A program made the position numbers and the translations under genes. Of a stretch of 64,000 nucleotides of DNA, positions 39,336 to 47,995 are shown piece by piece. The stretch is taken from IMG/VR virus record IMGVR_UViG_3300020460_000012; one strand, written 5' to 3'. Every line of letters begins with the position of its first letter. Position 1 is the stretch's first letter. Source of the DNA: a virus (taxonomy: Duplodnaviria > Caudoviricetes). Under the pieces are notes generated by a model. The model saw only the letters and a list, made by a program, of their open reading frames with translations. It was not told the DNA's origin and searched no databases.

Positions 39336-39445
39336 GTTACCTGCACAGCAATATACACACAAAGGGCAAGTATTGCTAACTTGCCATAGTCAAGGTCAAA
39401 GTCTGTACCTTCACCATACTTTTTTCTAAATTCACTAAACTTCAT
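39332..39445 (-). CDS. 37-aa membrane peptide (not in ORF track)
   Basis: AGGAGG SD; MKFSEFRKKYGEGTDFDLDYGKLAILALCVYIAVQVT; ATGA overlap with dpdA. Confidence 0.65.
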   Translation of the reverse strand: MKFSEFRKKYGEGTDFDLDYGKLAILALCVYIAVQVT

Positions 39446-39453
39446 GTTACCTC

Positions 39454-40185
39454 CTATTTGCTTTGTGCTGGCAAAATGTAATCATATTTTGCTAGTCCAC
39501 TATCAACACTTATTTGCATTGCACCTTGATCGCTAATACTCATTGTAATATCGCCATCTAAGTTTAAAATAGCTTGTACTTGTGCTACTGGCCAACTCCA
39601 TGTATGTGCCAATGTACCTTCAACACCTGCTTCAAATACAAATGTACCTGCGTGTGTACTTTGATCTCCAAAGCTAAACACTAAGTCGCCATCTTTAGTT
39701 GAAACATTAAATGTTGGTTCTTCTGCATGTGCCGCACTTTGCAATTTCATTCTACCAATTGCCGCAACACTTGGTTGAAATGTTACATTCCAGGCCGCAC
39801 CTTTAAACTTTACACTTTTTAGTTTTTCATCGATAATTTGCTTATTCATAAATCGATAATCATTTTCAAAATCGCCACTTGCGTTTTCAAAGTGAATATG
39901 TGTAGGAATTGTTTCGCCGTTCCTATCAGCATTCACTACGTCAATCTTTGCATCTTTCTGATATTCTGGATTCTTCAAATGTAATGCAAGTTTGTCTAAG
40001 TTAGGCATACCAAATGTGCCATTAAATTCAGACACACTATTATGTGTTGTAGAATTTAAAATCACAGAACGATCTTCTGCCATACTTTCAATTGTTGTTG
40101 TATCAGCTTCACTATTAACTTTTACCAAAGTTAAAAATCCTAGTGCGTGTGTTTTAGCAACAACGTCTTGTAAAATGTCTTTCAT
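39454..40185 (-). CDS. Putative sliding clamp (T4 gp45-like)
   Basis: 243 aa, beta-rich two-domain pattern, in the replication operon with its own sigma70 promoter. Confidence 0.55.
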   Translation of the reverse strand: MKDILQDVVAKTHALGFLTLVKVNSEADTTTIESMAEDRSVILNSTTHNSVSEFNGTFGMPNLDKLALHLKNPEYQKDAKIDVVNADRNGETIPTHIHFENASGDFENDYRFMNKQIIDEKLKSVKFKGAAWNVTFQPSVAAIGRMKLQSAAHAEEPTFNVSTKDGDLVFSFGDQSTHAGTFVFEAGVEGTLAHTWSWPVAQVQAILNLDGDITMSISDQGAMQISVDSGLAKYDYILPAQSK

Positions 40186-40946
40186 GCGGGTTCTCCATTA
40201 GTTATATTAAGTATAATGCCTTTGTTGGGCTTTGTCAAGAAGTTTTCTATTGTATATTTAGGTTTAAAGCCTAAAACTTTCATCTTTTCTATATTAGCAC
40301 ATGTAAATTTCCTTTCATGTGGGGTATTTAGACGGATAGGAGCATTTGGTACTAAGTCTCGAACTCTAATCGGGTTACCAGTACCAATGTCCACTATACC
40401 AGTTACATGGGGTTTGTTAATTAGTATTTTAATTGCATCACACACGTCATCTAAATGTATAAAATCTCTATGATGAGTAGTTACATATTCTAATTCATTG
40501 TTTAACACTTTATCTAAGAACATTCCTTTTCTAGGAGTTTCACTAAACACAGTATGAAATCTCATTCCAAGTGTATTAGGATACCTAGCGGCAAGTTCCT
40601 CAATGATATATTTAGATGCCGCATAAGGATTTAAGTCAGGCTCATATGCACTCGAACTACTCGCATAAAGTATTCTTGTATCTGCATATCTTTCAAATAA
40701 TCTACGACTTGCTTCAACATTGTTTTGCCAATATGAAGCAGGGTCGTCTAAACTTTCTCTGACACCAGACTTACCAGCTAAATGGATTATTAAATCAAAT
40801 TCTTCATTCGGCAACTCACAAGTTAGTAAATCGTTACCATCTATTAAATCAAAACCTGTAACTTCATTATGTATTAATTTTTCATAAAGCCTACTGCCTA
40901 TAAAACCTCTATGTCCTGTAATTAATATCTTTTGTACAGCTATCAT
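40182..40946 (-). CDS. NAD-dependent nucleotide-sugar epimerase/dehydratase
   Basis: 'ILITGHRGFIG', 'IHLA', 'ASSSS', YxxxK 'YAASK', 'RDFIHLDD'. Confidence 0.9.
   Translation of the reverse strand: MIAVQKILITGHRGFIGSRLYEKLIHNEVTGFDLIDGNDLLTCELPNEEFDLIIHLAGKSGVRESLDDPASYWQNNVEASRRLFERYADTRILYASSSSAYEPDLNPYAASKYIIEELAARYPNTLGMRFHTVFSETPRKGMFLDKVLNNELEYVTTHHRDFIHLDDVCDAIKILINKPHVTGIVDIGTGNPIRVRDLVPNAPIRLNTPHERKFTCANIEKMKVLGFKPKYTIENFLTKPNKGIILNITNGEPA
40210..40238 (-). promoter_or_regulatory. sigma70 promoter TTGACA-17-TATACT (inside the epimerase gene) driving clamp-dpdA
   Basis: Read directly from sequence. Confidence 0.75.
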
Positions 40947-41665
40947 AATGCTATTCCTAATTCTTTAAAATATTCAAGATATTCTTTTGTTTGCGACCAG
41001 TTCATTACCGATCTACTTGCACTTACTACTTGTGCGAGAGGGTAGTCATTTCCATCTTCGTCCATTCTATCTCCGAAGAAATATGTCTTATCTTGCGGAC
41101 CAAAGTCTTTTATAATTTGTGCTTTATCAGTACCTACGGGTGATATATCTATTCCTGTTTCTCCACCTACAGTTGCTTTAATATTAGGAAATAAGAAGTT
41201 GAAATTTTTTGCAATTATGTTTCTTTCATTTGTAAGTGTATCATACTTGAAATAGTCTGCCCTTTGTTCATTATTAGCATTTCTGCCTACTACACTAAAA
41301 TTTACCATACCAGGTCGATGTTCGAAATGTAAACCTGTTCTAATTTTAAAATCGCTTTCAGTTAATTGAATACTTAACCATTCATGTGCATCTTCAGGTA
41401 AAACCCAATCATTGGTTCGTACATTTACATCTTTTTCCCAAACATCATTACCATTACAATTATAAACCCTTTGACATTTATTATAGATAGTTTCTCCAAT
41501 TTGTTCAATCGTCTTAGGCCTATCACTCCCAGTCACAAGATATACCTCATTAGAGTTACAAAAATCTCTAAACCAAACTGCAAATCTTTTATCTATAGGT
41601 TGTCGACTTGGAGTTAATGTTCCGTCAACATCAAAGATAAATTTATTTTTTAGTTTTTTTGTCAC
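40943..41665 (-). CDS. HAD-family (eukaryote-type) phosphomannomutase
   Basis: 'FDVDGTLT', 'EHRPGMVNFSVVGR', 'GGETGIDI', 'FFGD....GND'. Confidence 0.85.
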   Translation of the reverse strand: MTKKLKNKFIFDVDGTLTPSRQPIDKRFAVWFRDFCNSNEVYLVTGSDRPKTIEQIGETIYNKCQRVYNCNGNDVWEKDVNVRTNDWVLPEDAHEWLSIQLTESDFKIRTGLHFEHRPGMVNFSVVGRNANNEQRADYFKYDTLTNERNIIAKNFNFLFPNIKATVGGETGIDISPVGTDKAQIIKDFGPQDKTYFFGDRMDEDGNDYPLAQVVSASRSVMNWSQTKEYLEYFKELGIAL

Positions 41666-41825
41666 CTTTCTTCTTCCTTTTAGCATACATACCGCTTGTA
41701 TATTCTACCTCTTCAGAACGAGCACCATAAGGATAAACTGTAATTTTATTTCCTTTTGCTAACCATTCGTCTATTAATTTTTTATCTTCAGCTCTCTCTT
41801 TTTCTCTTTCATCGTTAATGCTCAT
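41643..41825 (-). CDS. Hypothetical small basic protein
   Basis: ORF in operon. Confidence 0.55.
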   Translation of the reverse strand: MSINDEREKERAEDKKLIDEWLAKGNKITVYPYGARSEEVEYTSGMYAKRKKKGDKKTKK

Positions 41826-42238
41826 CTGTCCTCCGTTTCAGCAACTCGTGAACGTAAATCACTTGTGCTGAATCGGTGATCTCGTTTATTAAAATGTAAG
41901 TCAATATCTCTACTACGACATATATCTTTACCTGTAAAATCTTTGTCTCGATATTCTTCTCCTAGTATTCTTACATTAATAGGATACATTTGTAAAATAT
42001 CTTCTAAATCTTTTTCTGTGCCATAAGGAATAATTTCGTCTACATATTCAACTGCATTAAGTTGTGTATACCTTTCTACAATACTTTGTATAGGAGCATT
42101 TTTTTCTTTTCTATCTACACTAGGATCAACTTGTAATCCTACTAACAAATAGTCGCATTGTTCTTTTGCTTCACGCAACATTATTACATGTCCAGCATGT
42201 AACAAATCAAAAGTTGAGCATGTAAATCCTACTTTCAT
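41822..42238 (-). CDS. Glycerol-3-phosphate cytidylyltransferase-like nucleotidyltransferase
   Basis: 'TFDLLHAGH' (HxGH), 'ERY', 'FSTSDLR'. Confidence 0.9.
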   Translation of the reverse strand: MKVGFTCSTFDLLHAGHVIMLREAKEQCDYLLVGLQVDPSVDRKEKNAPIQSIVERYTQLNAVEYVDEIIPYGTEKDLEDILQMYPINVRILGEEYRDKDFTGKDICRSRDIDLHFNKRDHRFSTSDLRSRVAETEDR

Positions 42239-42567
42239 TAGTGTTTCCTTTTTCCATCGAAGACACAAACAAAATACATGTCCGAATCACGTAAATTCAT
42301 TACCTTATGAAATACGCCATCTTGGATAGGTACTACATCGCCTGCTTCTACTTTAATAAATTCATTATCCAATTGCATTTGTCCTGCCCCTTCAATAAAG
42401 AAATAAACTTCTTCTTGACCATCATGACTATGCCCACTTGTTTGTTTATGCCCATGCAATCTCGTACTACTTAGAACAAGTGTATTACCAAAGGGATTGT
42501 CTTTAACAACATACCTATCATCCTGTTTAGCAATATAACCACCGATGTCGTCAATGTTTACTTTCAT
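42238..42567 (-). CDS. Cupin (mannose-6-phosphate isomerase-like)
   Basis: 'GHSHDGQEEVYFFIEG', 'FHKVMN'. Confidence 0.75.
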   Translation of the reverse strand: MKVNIDDIGGYIAKQDDRYVVKDNPFGNTLVLSSTRLHGHKQTSGHSHDGQEEVYFFIEGAGQMQLDNEFIKVEAGDVVPIQDGVFHKVMNLRDSDMYFVCVFDGKRKH

Positions 42568-42577
42568 TATTTCTCCT

Positions 42578-45250
42578 TTAAGTTCCAAAATCAAATAAGC
42601 TGTTAAATGTATTGTGTTGCTTTGTATCTTCAAGTGGGTAATCAAGCACACCAATTAAATTGTCAAGTTTGTTATCAATTATAGTTTCAGCCATTGCGGC
42701 ATCATCAAACGGAAGTTCTTTAAACCAATCAGGAATATGTAATTCATCTGTTGGATATGCTACACTTGTATAACCTAACGGGTTTTGTTTTAGCTTACAC
42801 ACAATTACTTTCATACCATCTACAATTTCTTGAGAATATTTGTCGCCGTTCATACGTTTAAGTGTATTCCAATTAATGCTCGCTCTTACATGGCCAGGCA
42901 TATTTGCCTTTCCCTGTTTCTCCTCCAGTCTCTGATAGTGACCAATTTTATTTGCACGTTTCGGCGAACCTTTTTCCCAGCCAGGACGTTCACTGAATTC
43001 TTTTCTGAATACAGTAATACGTTCTAGTACATCTTCTTGAGGTGCATTTGTAAGTACCATAAGTAGTAATTCACTGAGAAACTCTTGCATAAAAACAGGA
43101 GTATCTGATCTACGCAAGTCTAAGCCCATTGCTTTTACTTTTCCTGCTTTACCATCTACGTCTGTTCTAAAACCTTCGTTATCAATAACCAGTGCCGCAT
43201 AACGTTTTTTTGTAATATATAATCCGCTTTCAGCAACAATCTCTCTACCTGCCGCAATTACATCTGATCGTGTCTTTGGACAATGGAATGCTTGTAACAT
43301 GAACTTTTCAAATGTAGTATTTGCCGCTTCGCATACTTGATCATATAAAGTAATTACGTTGTCTTTCGACCAAGGAATCTTTTTGCTTTCAATATCATTT
43401 TTCAATGTAGGATATGCACTAAAGTAACAAGAGTCAGTATCACCATAAATCATAGCTTCGCCAACATGATCATACTTTCCAGTAATTACTTTGTTTACTT
43501 CTGCTGACATATGCTTTACAATAGTTCTACCTGTCAGTGTAGTAGACTGACCAATACGTTTATCGAAAAAACGACAGCCAGGGTTGAGAATAGCGCCGTA
43601 CAAGCTATTAAGATTAATTTTTTTAACAAGTTGTCTTTTGTCCCAGTACTCTGTTTCGATTGCATTTCCAGCATCCTTTGCTTTTTTAAGTTGTGCTTGT
43701 AGTTCTTTACGTTCGCTATACCAACGTTTTAGCAGTCCAGGAATAACACCTTCATGCTCTGTAGTAAAAATTGTACCATTCGAACTTAGCATCCAAGGTT
43801 TGTTACTATCAAAGATAATTTTGTAAAGTTCTGCACCACTTACTACTTCAGTATTACCATTTTCAAAGTCAACTGTTAGTGCAACATCTTTACGTTGATC
43901 CATAACTGCATCATATTCCTCTGTAGCAAATTTACCTTCCCAACTCCCTGCAAATGATTTCTTCTTTAAAGTTGTATCTTCGTGTACACGAGCTTCACTT
44001 ATTTCAGGACGTATTTGTCCTACGATAGTTGCTGGATCCATATTTAATGCACGAATAACACTCGGATATAGACTGTTTAAGTCCATACTACCTATCCATT
44101 TATGAAGTCCTTTTTTAGGAAATGCAACATACGCACCTGCCGCGGCTGTGTTTTCGCTATCATCTCTTTTAGGTCTATTTGGAACTTGCATGCCTCTATG
44201 ATGTGCTTCATTAACAATAGCTTGTTCTGTAACTGCTACTGCACCCATTGTGGTCTGTAGCAAAACAGTATTTGCATGTGCAAGTTCGTTACTTAGATCA
44301 ATGAATCTTAGTTTTTTGTCCAGCTTGTCCAGTAGTGCGGTATCTTGTATGTTGTATTCAATGAATTTTCTAAAGTCATTGTTGTACAATTGATCCAAAG
44401 TTCCTTCATAAGGCACTTTGTTCTCACCAACTTCGATTTCACCAATAGCATCAAGTCTATAACTGTGTCTTTCTTCATATGTGTATTTACGATATAATTC
44501 TAAACTATCTAAATGCACTCTGCCTATTAGGTCAAAGGTAACAGCTGATTTTCCATACTTTTCATACTCACGTTTTTTAGGCAGTTGTCCCCATAAGCAA
44601 AATCTTCTTGTATCGTCTTTACTTAATACTCTACTTGTTCTATTTACTGTGTAAGGAATATCATATCCTTCACTATTCCAACCACTTAGTATGTCAGCAT
44701 CTTCAATTAGTGTTAAAAAAGTATCGATCATTTCGCTTTCTTTTTCAAAAAGCATTACATTATCAATACCTTCAAGTTCTTTTTTAGCTTGATCCATTGT
44801 AAGGGTCTTTGGAGGGACTGCCAAGCAGACCATTGTTTCTAGCCACTGTAAATATACAGCAATAGAGGTAATAGGCATAAATGGATCAGCAGGATCAGCA
44901 AAACCTCTCTCTGGATCAAAGTCAGTCTCGATATCAAAGAATGCAATGTTTAGTTTTGGTGCATCTTGATTAAGATAATTTTCGCTTAAACATTGGAATA
45001 TAGGATTAATGTCGCTTTCGAAAAGTTGTTTGTCTCGATTAATTGCAACTTCTTTACGAAAGTCTTTTGTGTTTTTGCAAACAATTCGACTCAAAGGGTC
45101 ATCATATATACTTCTATATTTGCCTCTTTGGTCTTTATAATAGAATGTGTACTTTGCCTGATATTCAGTATAATGTCTTTTGCCTTCTTTACGCTCAACG
45201 ACTCTAATAATGTCAGAGTCCCTATCAAATAGTGCGTCTACGTAACTCAA
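42578..45250 (-). CDS. Family B DNA polymerase (gp43-like)
   Basis: Exo I FDIETD, 'DLNSLYPS', 'KINLNSLYG', 'YGDTDS', 'KKRY'; TTG start with GAGGAG SD. Confidence 0.97.
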   Translation of the reverse strand: MSYVDALFDRDSDIIRVVERKEGKRHYTEYQAKYTFYYKDQRGKYRSIYDDPLSRIVCKNTKDFRKEVAINRDKQLFESDINPIFQCLSENYLNQDAPKLNIAFFDIETDFDPERGFADPADPFMPITSIAVYLQWLETMVCLAVPPKTLTMDQAKKELEGIDNVMLFEKESEMIDTFLTLIEDADILSGWNSEGYDIPYTVNRTSRVLSKDDTRRFCLWGQLPKKREYEKYGKSAVTFDLIGRVHLDSLELYRKYTYEERHSYRLDAIGEIEVGENKVPYEGTLDQLYNNDFRKFIEYNIQDTALLDKLDKKLRFIDLSNELAHANTVLLQTTMGAVAVTEQAIVNEAHHRGMQVPNRPKRDDSENTAAAGAYVAFPKKGLHKWIGSMDLNSLYPSVIRALNMDPATIVGQIRPEISEARVHEDTTLKKKSFAGSWEGKFATEEYDAVMDQRKDVALTVDFENGNTEVVSGAELYKIIFDSNKPWMLSSNGTIFTTEHEGVIPGLLKRWYSERKELQAQLKKAKDAGNAIETEYWDKRQLVKKINLNSLYGAILNPGCRFFDKRIGQSTTLTGRTIVKHMSAEVNKVITGKYDHVGEAMIYGDTDSCYFSAYPTLKNDIESKKIPWSKDNVITLYDQVCEAANTTFEKFMLQAFHCPKTRSDVIAAGREIVAESGLYITKKRYAALVIDNEGFRTDVDGKAGKVKAMGLDLRRSDTPVFMQEFLSELLLMVLTNAPQEDVLERITVFRKEFSERPGWEKGSPKRANKIGHYQRLEEKQGKANMPGHVRASINWNTLKRMNGDKYSQEIVDGMKVIVCKLKQNPLGYTSVAYPTDELHIPDWFKELPFDDAAMAETIIDNKLDNLIGVLDYPLEDTKQHNTFNSLFDFGT

Positions 45251-45357
45251 TTTTTTCTCCTCGTTGCTTTTGGCCAACTTAACCGTCTACATGCCCTGTG
45301 GGCGATATTGTACTTATTCAAGTATTTTACCTTGTAAAGTATTTGTGGTTGTAATCA

Positions 45358-45636
45358 TTAATTTACCACAATTTGTATTAACGCAATAGTATTCATTACA
45401 ACAAACCAACTACATAAGAAAATTGTAAATGCGGCCTTTCTTATCACTGTGCTTATCAAGCCCAATATACTTCCTATTAAGTACATAGGAATAAAAATTT
45501 CAGTAGCAGGATCTAGCACTGTCCAAGTTAGCACCGCACTAGCACTTACTAAAAATAAAGTTTCAAAAAACTCACAGTAAAATGCAAACGGACTTAGCCG
45601 GTAGCTTTCCTTAAAATATCTAACGACTCCATTCAC
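45358..45636 (-). CDS. Small membrane protein
   Basis: Three hydrophobic segments. Confidence 0.55.
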   Translation of the reverse strand: MNGVVRYFKESYRLSPFAFYCEFFETLFLVSASAVLTWTVLDPATEIFIPMYLIGSILGLISTVIRKAAFTIFLCSWFVVMNTIALIQIVVN

Positions 45637-45893
45637 TTATCTTTACCCACTGTCACAACTAAAGTTTCAAGATCGTCAAAAGCGTCGGCATGTGCCGCCC
45701 AATCGCCTTTTTGTGCAATTTTGATTGCTTTGTTTATAAGAGTGGGTTTAATGTCTAATTCTTCAGCAACTGCTTTTACAGTTTCTTTTAGACCCGTGTT
45801 TAAATCTTCTATTTCTTGTAATACTGTAACACCTTCGTTCACAAGGCGTTCTAATTTGGCCTTCTCTTCAGGTCCATAAGTACGATCACTCAT
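45633..45893 (-). CDS. T4 DsbA/GapR-like dsDNA-binding protein (tentative)
   Basis: Helical 86 aa; 'EIEDL...KETVKAVAEELDIKPTLINKAIKI'. Confidence 0.5.
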   Translation of the reverse strand: MSDRTYGPEEKAKLERLVNEGVTVLQEIEDLNTGLKETVKAVAEELDIKPTLINKAIKIAQKGDWAAHADAFDDLETLVVTVGKDK

Positions 45894-45927
45894 AATTCCT
45901 CCATTAGGTATTTGTGTAATTGTATCT

Positions 45928-45956
45928 ATTATACTACAATTTTATGAGGTTGTCAA
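45928..45956 (-). promoter_or_regulatory. sigma70 promoter TTGACA-17-TATAAT heading the polB operon
   Basis: Perfect consensus. Confidence 0.85.
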
Positions 45957-45959
45957 CTA

Positions 45960-46856
45960 TTATTTTGCTTTAAGTGCCGCCCAGAGTTGGGACTTGATAG
46001 ATTCTGTAGCGTAATCTTTTTTATGTTTTGTAATACCTGCTTTGGCATCTTTTTTCTTATCTTTATGCTTACCAGCGGCTCCACTTTTACGTAAAGCTTC
46101 CATATCACGCCAATTTGGATCTCTAGCTTTCATAAGTTTTGGCTTCTTTTTGCCTTCTACAAATTCTTTTATTACATCTTCAAGATAAGCTATTCTTGCT
46201 TCTAATGCTTCAATAGTACCAGTGCCTGCTTTTGCGTCTACTAATGTAAACTTTTTACCATTTACCGACATTATTTGTTTACGGCTTATAGCGTAAGTAG
46301 CACCTTTCATATTAAGTTGGATTTGTGGTTTGCCTTCACCATCAACTTTGCCTTGGATTAGGTCAACTACAGGTACATCTTTTCTAAATTGTCCTTTTGC
46401 ATTCTTATATGAAACTAGATCACCTTTAGCTAAAGTATGACCTTCTTTACTTGTTGGCCAATCACCACCTTGTGGCTTTGGTGCAGGTTCTCCTGGTTTT
46501 GGCTTTGGTGCAGGTGTAGTACCTTTTACAGGAGCAGGCTTATCTTTTGGAGCATCTAATTTAACATTAAGTGCATCTACTTTGTTATAATTTTTAAAAC
46601 CATGTTTAATAGCATCTAACGGAGTAGCTTCATTCAATTGCACTCCGGCAAGTTTAGCAAAATCGCTAACACTATAATCTTTATCTACTGGAACCGATCC
46701 TGGTTCAACTTCTACAGTTTCTGTAATTGTTTTATTTAAAACTTCATGTCCAGAGGGTGCTTCTCCTTCAGCCATCTCTCTAATTTTTCGTATATCTTCC
46801 GCAGGATCTGCAGGATCAAGTTCAAATAACTTTTGTTGGAGTGCATGATAATCCAT
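45960..46856 (-). CDS. Putative internal head (poly)protein
   Basis: Acidic linkers ending in x-x-E separate basic Lys/Pro-rich modules. Confidence 0.45.
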   Translation of the reverse strand: MDYHALQQKLFELDPADPAEDIRKIREMAEGEAPSGHEVLNKTITETVEVEPGSVPVDKDYSVSDFAKLAGVQLNEATPLDAIKHGFKNYNKVDALNVKLDAPKDKPAPVKGTTPAPKPKPGEPAPKPQGGDWPTSKEGHTLAKGDLVSYKNAKGQFRKDVPVVDLIQGKVDGEGKPQIQLNMKGATYAISRKQIMSVNGKKFTLVDAKAGTGTIEALEARIAYLEDVIKEFVEGKKKPKLMKARDPNWRDMEALRKSGAAGKHKDKKKDAKAGITKHKKDYATESIKSQLWAALKAK

Positions 46857-47335
46857 TATTTTTTTCTTTTGCCAGAAGCTTTCCCAGCATGTACAGCTTT
46901 ACGATGTGCGGCTGATTTAAACTTACCTTCTAGTTTTGCATGTAGTTGCTCTTTGTAAGTTTTTTCTTCCGGTATACTATCATCGTTGCAATTACAGTGT
47001 TTGCAGTTTGGAGGACATTCGCAGTCTTCTCTTTTTACATCACTACCGCAACACTCATCTTTGCAATGTGTATCTTTTTGTGATTCTGACATTGGGCTAT
47101 TTTCATAATCTAAATGATGATAAACAGAACCTAGCATTTCACTAGCTTTTGTAATTTTAGATTGTATCCAACCTTCAAGGCCATCAGCTTCGCTTACATT
47201 TTTAAGCATCTCGTGAAGCTTTATTGAATACTTTGCGGATTTGTAAAGCTGAGCACGGGCCATTTGCACTTCGTGATCTCTTTCAGCAATGTCTGCTAGT
47301 TCGCCTAATCCTTCTTCTATTTCTGCTTTTCTCAT
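46856..47335 (-). CDS. Putative internal head protein with an 8-Cys cluster
   Basis: 'CKDECCGSDVKREDCECPPNCKHCNC'; late promoter at 47360-47367. Confidence 0.5.
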   Translation of the reverse strand: MRKAEIEEGLGELADIAERDHEVQMARAQLYKSAKYSIKLHEMLKNVSEADGLEGWIQSKITKASEMLGSVYHHLDYENSPMSESQKDTHCKDECCGSDVKREDCECPPNCKHCNCNDDSIPEEKTYKEQLHAKLEGKFKSAAHRKAVHAGKASGKRKK

Positions 47336-47362
47336 TTTAGGTTCCCGTTGTTCTATACGTAT

Positions 47363-47581
47363 TTATCGTTTTATAGCCTTGCCGCCCATTACGTTGGCCT
47401 TGAGATCTAGTGCATTTTTAGCTGTGCCGTCTGAATTTGTAGCTTGCGGTGCTTCAGGTGCTCCATACTTGCCTTTTTTCTTTACTTTGCGTTTTGCTCC
47501 AGGCACACTTGCAATGGTTGCAATACTACCCGCGACGGTTACACCAGATTCACTAGTTTCTAATATTTCTTTAATTTTCAT
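47363..47581 (-). CDS. Small putative internal head protein
   Basis: N-terminus MKIKEILETSE resembles the T4 capsid-targeting sequence; basic body. Confidence 0.5.
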   Translation of the reverse strand: MKIKEILETSESGVTVAGSIATIASVPGAKRKVKKKGKYGAPEAPQATNSDGTAKNALDLKANVMGGKAIKR

Positions 47582-47662
47582 TTAGCACCCGCAATCAGAA
47601 CCTGCACAAGTGCAGGGTGAGCAAGTACAATTTTCGCATTTGCAATTTGGATTTGCACACAT
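47582..47662 (-). CDS. 26-aa metallothionein-like peptide (not in ORF track)
   Basis: MCANPNCKCENCTCSPCTCAGSDCGC: 9 Cys, four CxC pairs; AAGGAG SD; stop abuts next ATG. Confidence 0.85.
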   Translation of the reverse strand: MCANPNCKCENCTCSPCTCAGSDCGC

Positions 47663-47681
47663 AATAAATCTCCTTATAATA

Positions 47682-47689
47682 TATTTATC
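47682..47689 (-). promoter_or_regulatory. Late promoter GATAAATA upstream of the metallothionein-like gene
   Basis: Matches the recurring DATAAATA motif. Confidence 0.6.
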
Positions 47690-47693
47690 CTAA

Positions 47694-47984
47694 TTATTTT
47701 CTTTTGCCACGAAATCTTCTTACGTGTCCTTCGTAAAAAATCATGGTATACCAAGGTGCATTTCTAGGCATTTTTCTTGTATATTCCCACGCCACATTGT
47801 TTTTATCAATCCATACTACATGATAACCTGCCCACCTACGAGAAGGATACCATTCTGTACTGCCGCCTTTTGTAATGAGTTGTTCGAGGGTCCAATGATA
47901 ACAATTATTTTTTTTAGTAAAAAACCTTACAGGCCAAAACCAAAAAAAGATAGCTATGATTAAGCCTGTATTAACCAATTTCAT
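47694..47984 (-). CDS. Hypothetical protein with N-terminal TM segment
   Basis: Aromatic-rich ORF. Confidence 0.5.
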   Translation of the reverse strand: MKLVNTGLIIAIFFWFWPVRFFTKKNNCYHWTLEQLITKGGSTEWYPSRRWAGYHVVWIDKNNVAWEYTRKMPRNAPWYTMIFYEGHVRRFRGKRK

Positions 47985-47995
47985 GTAAGTAATTA

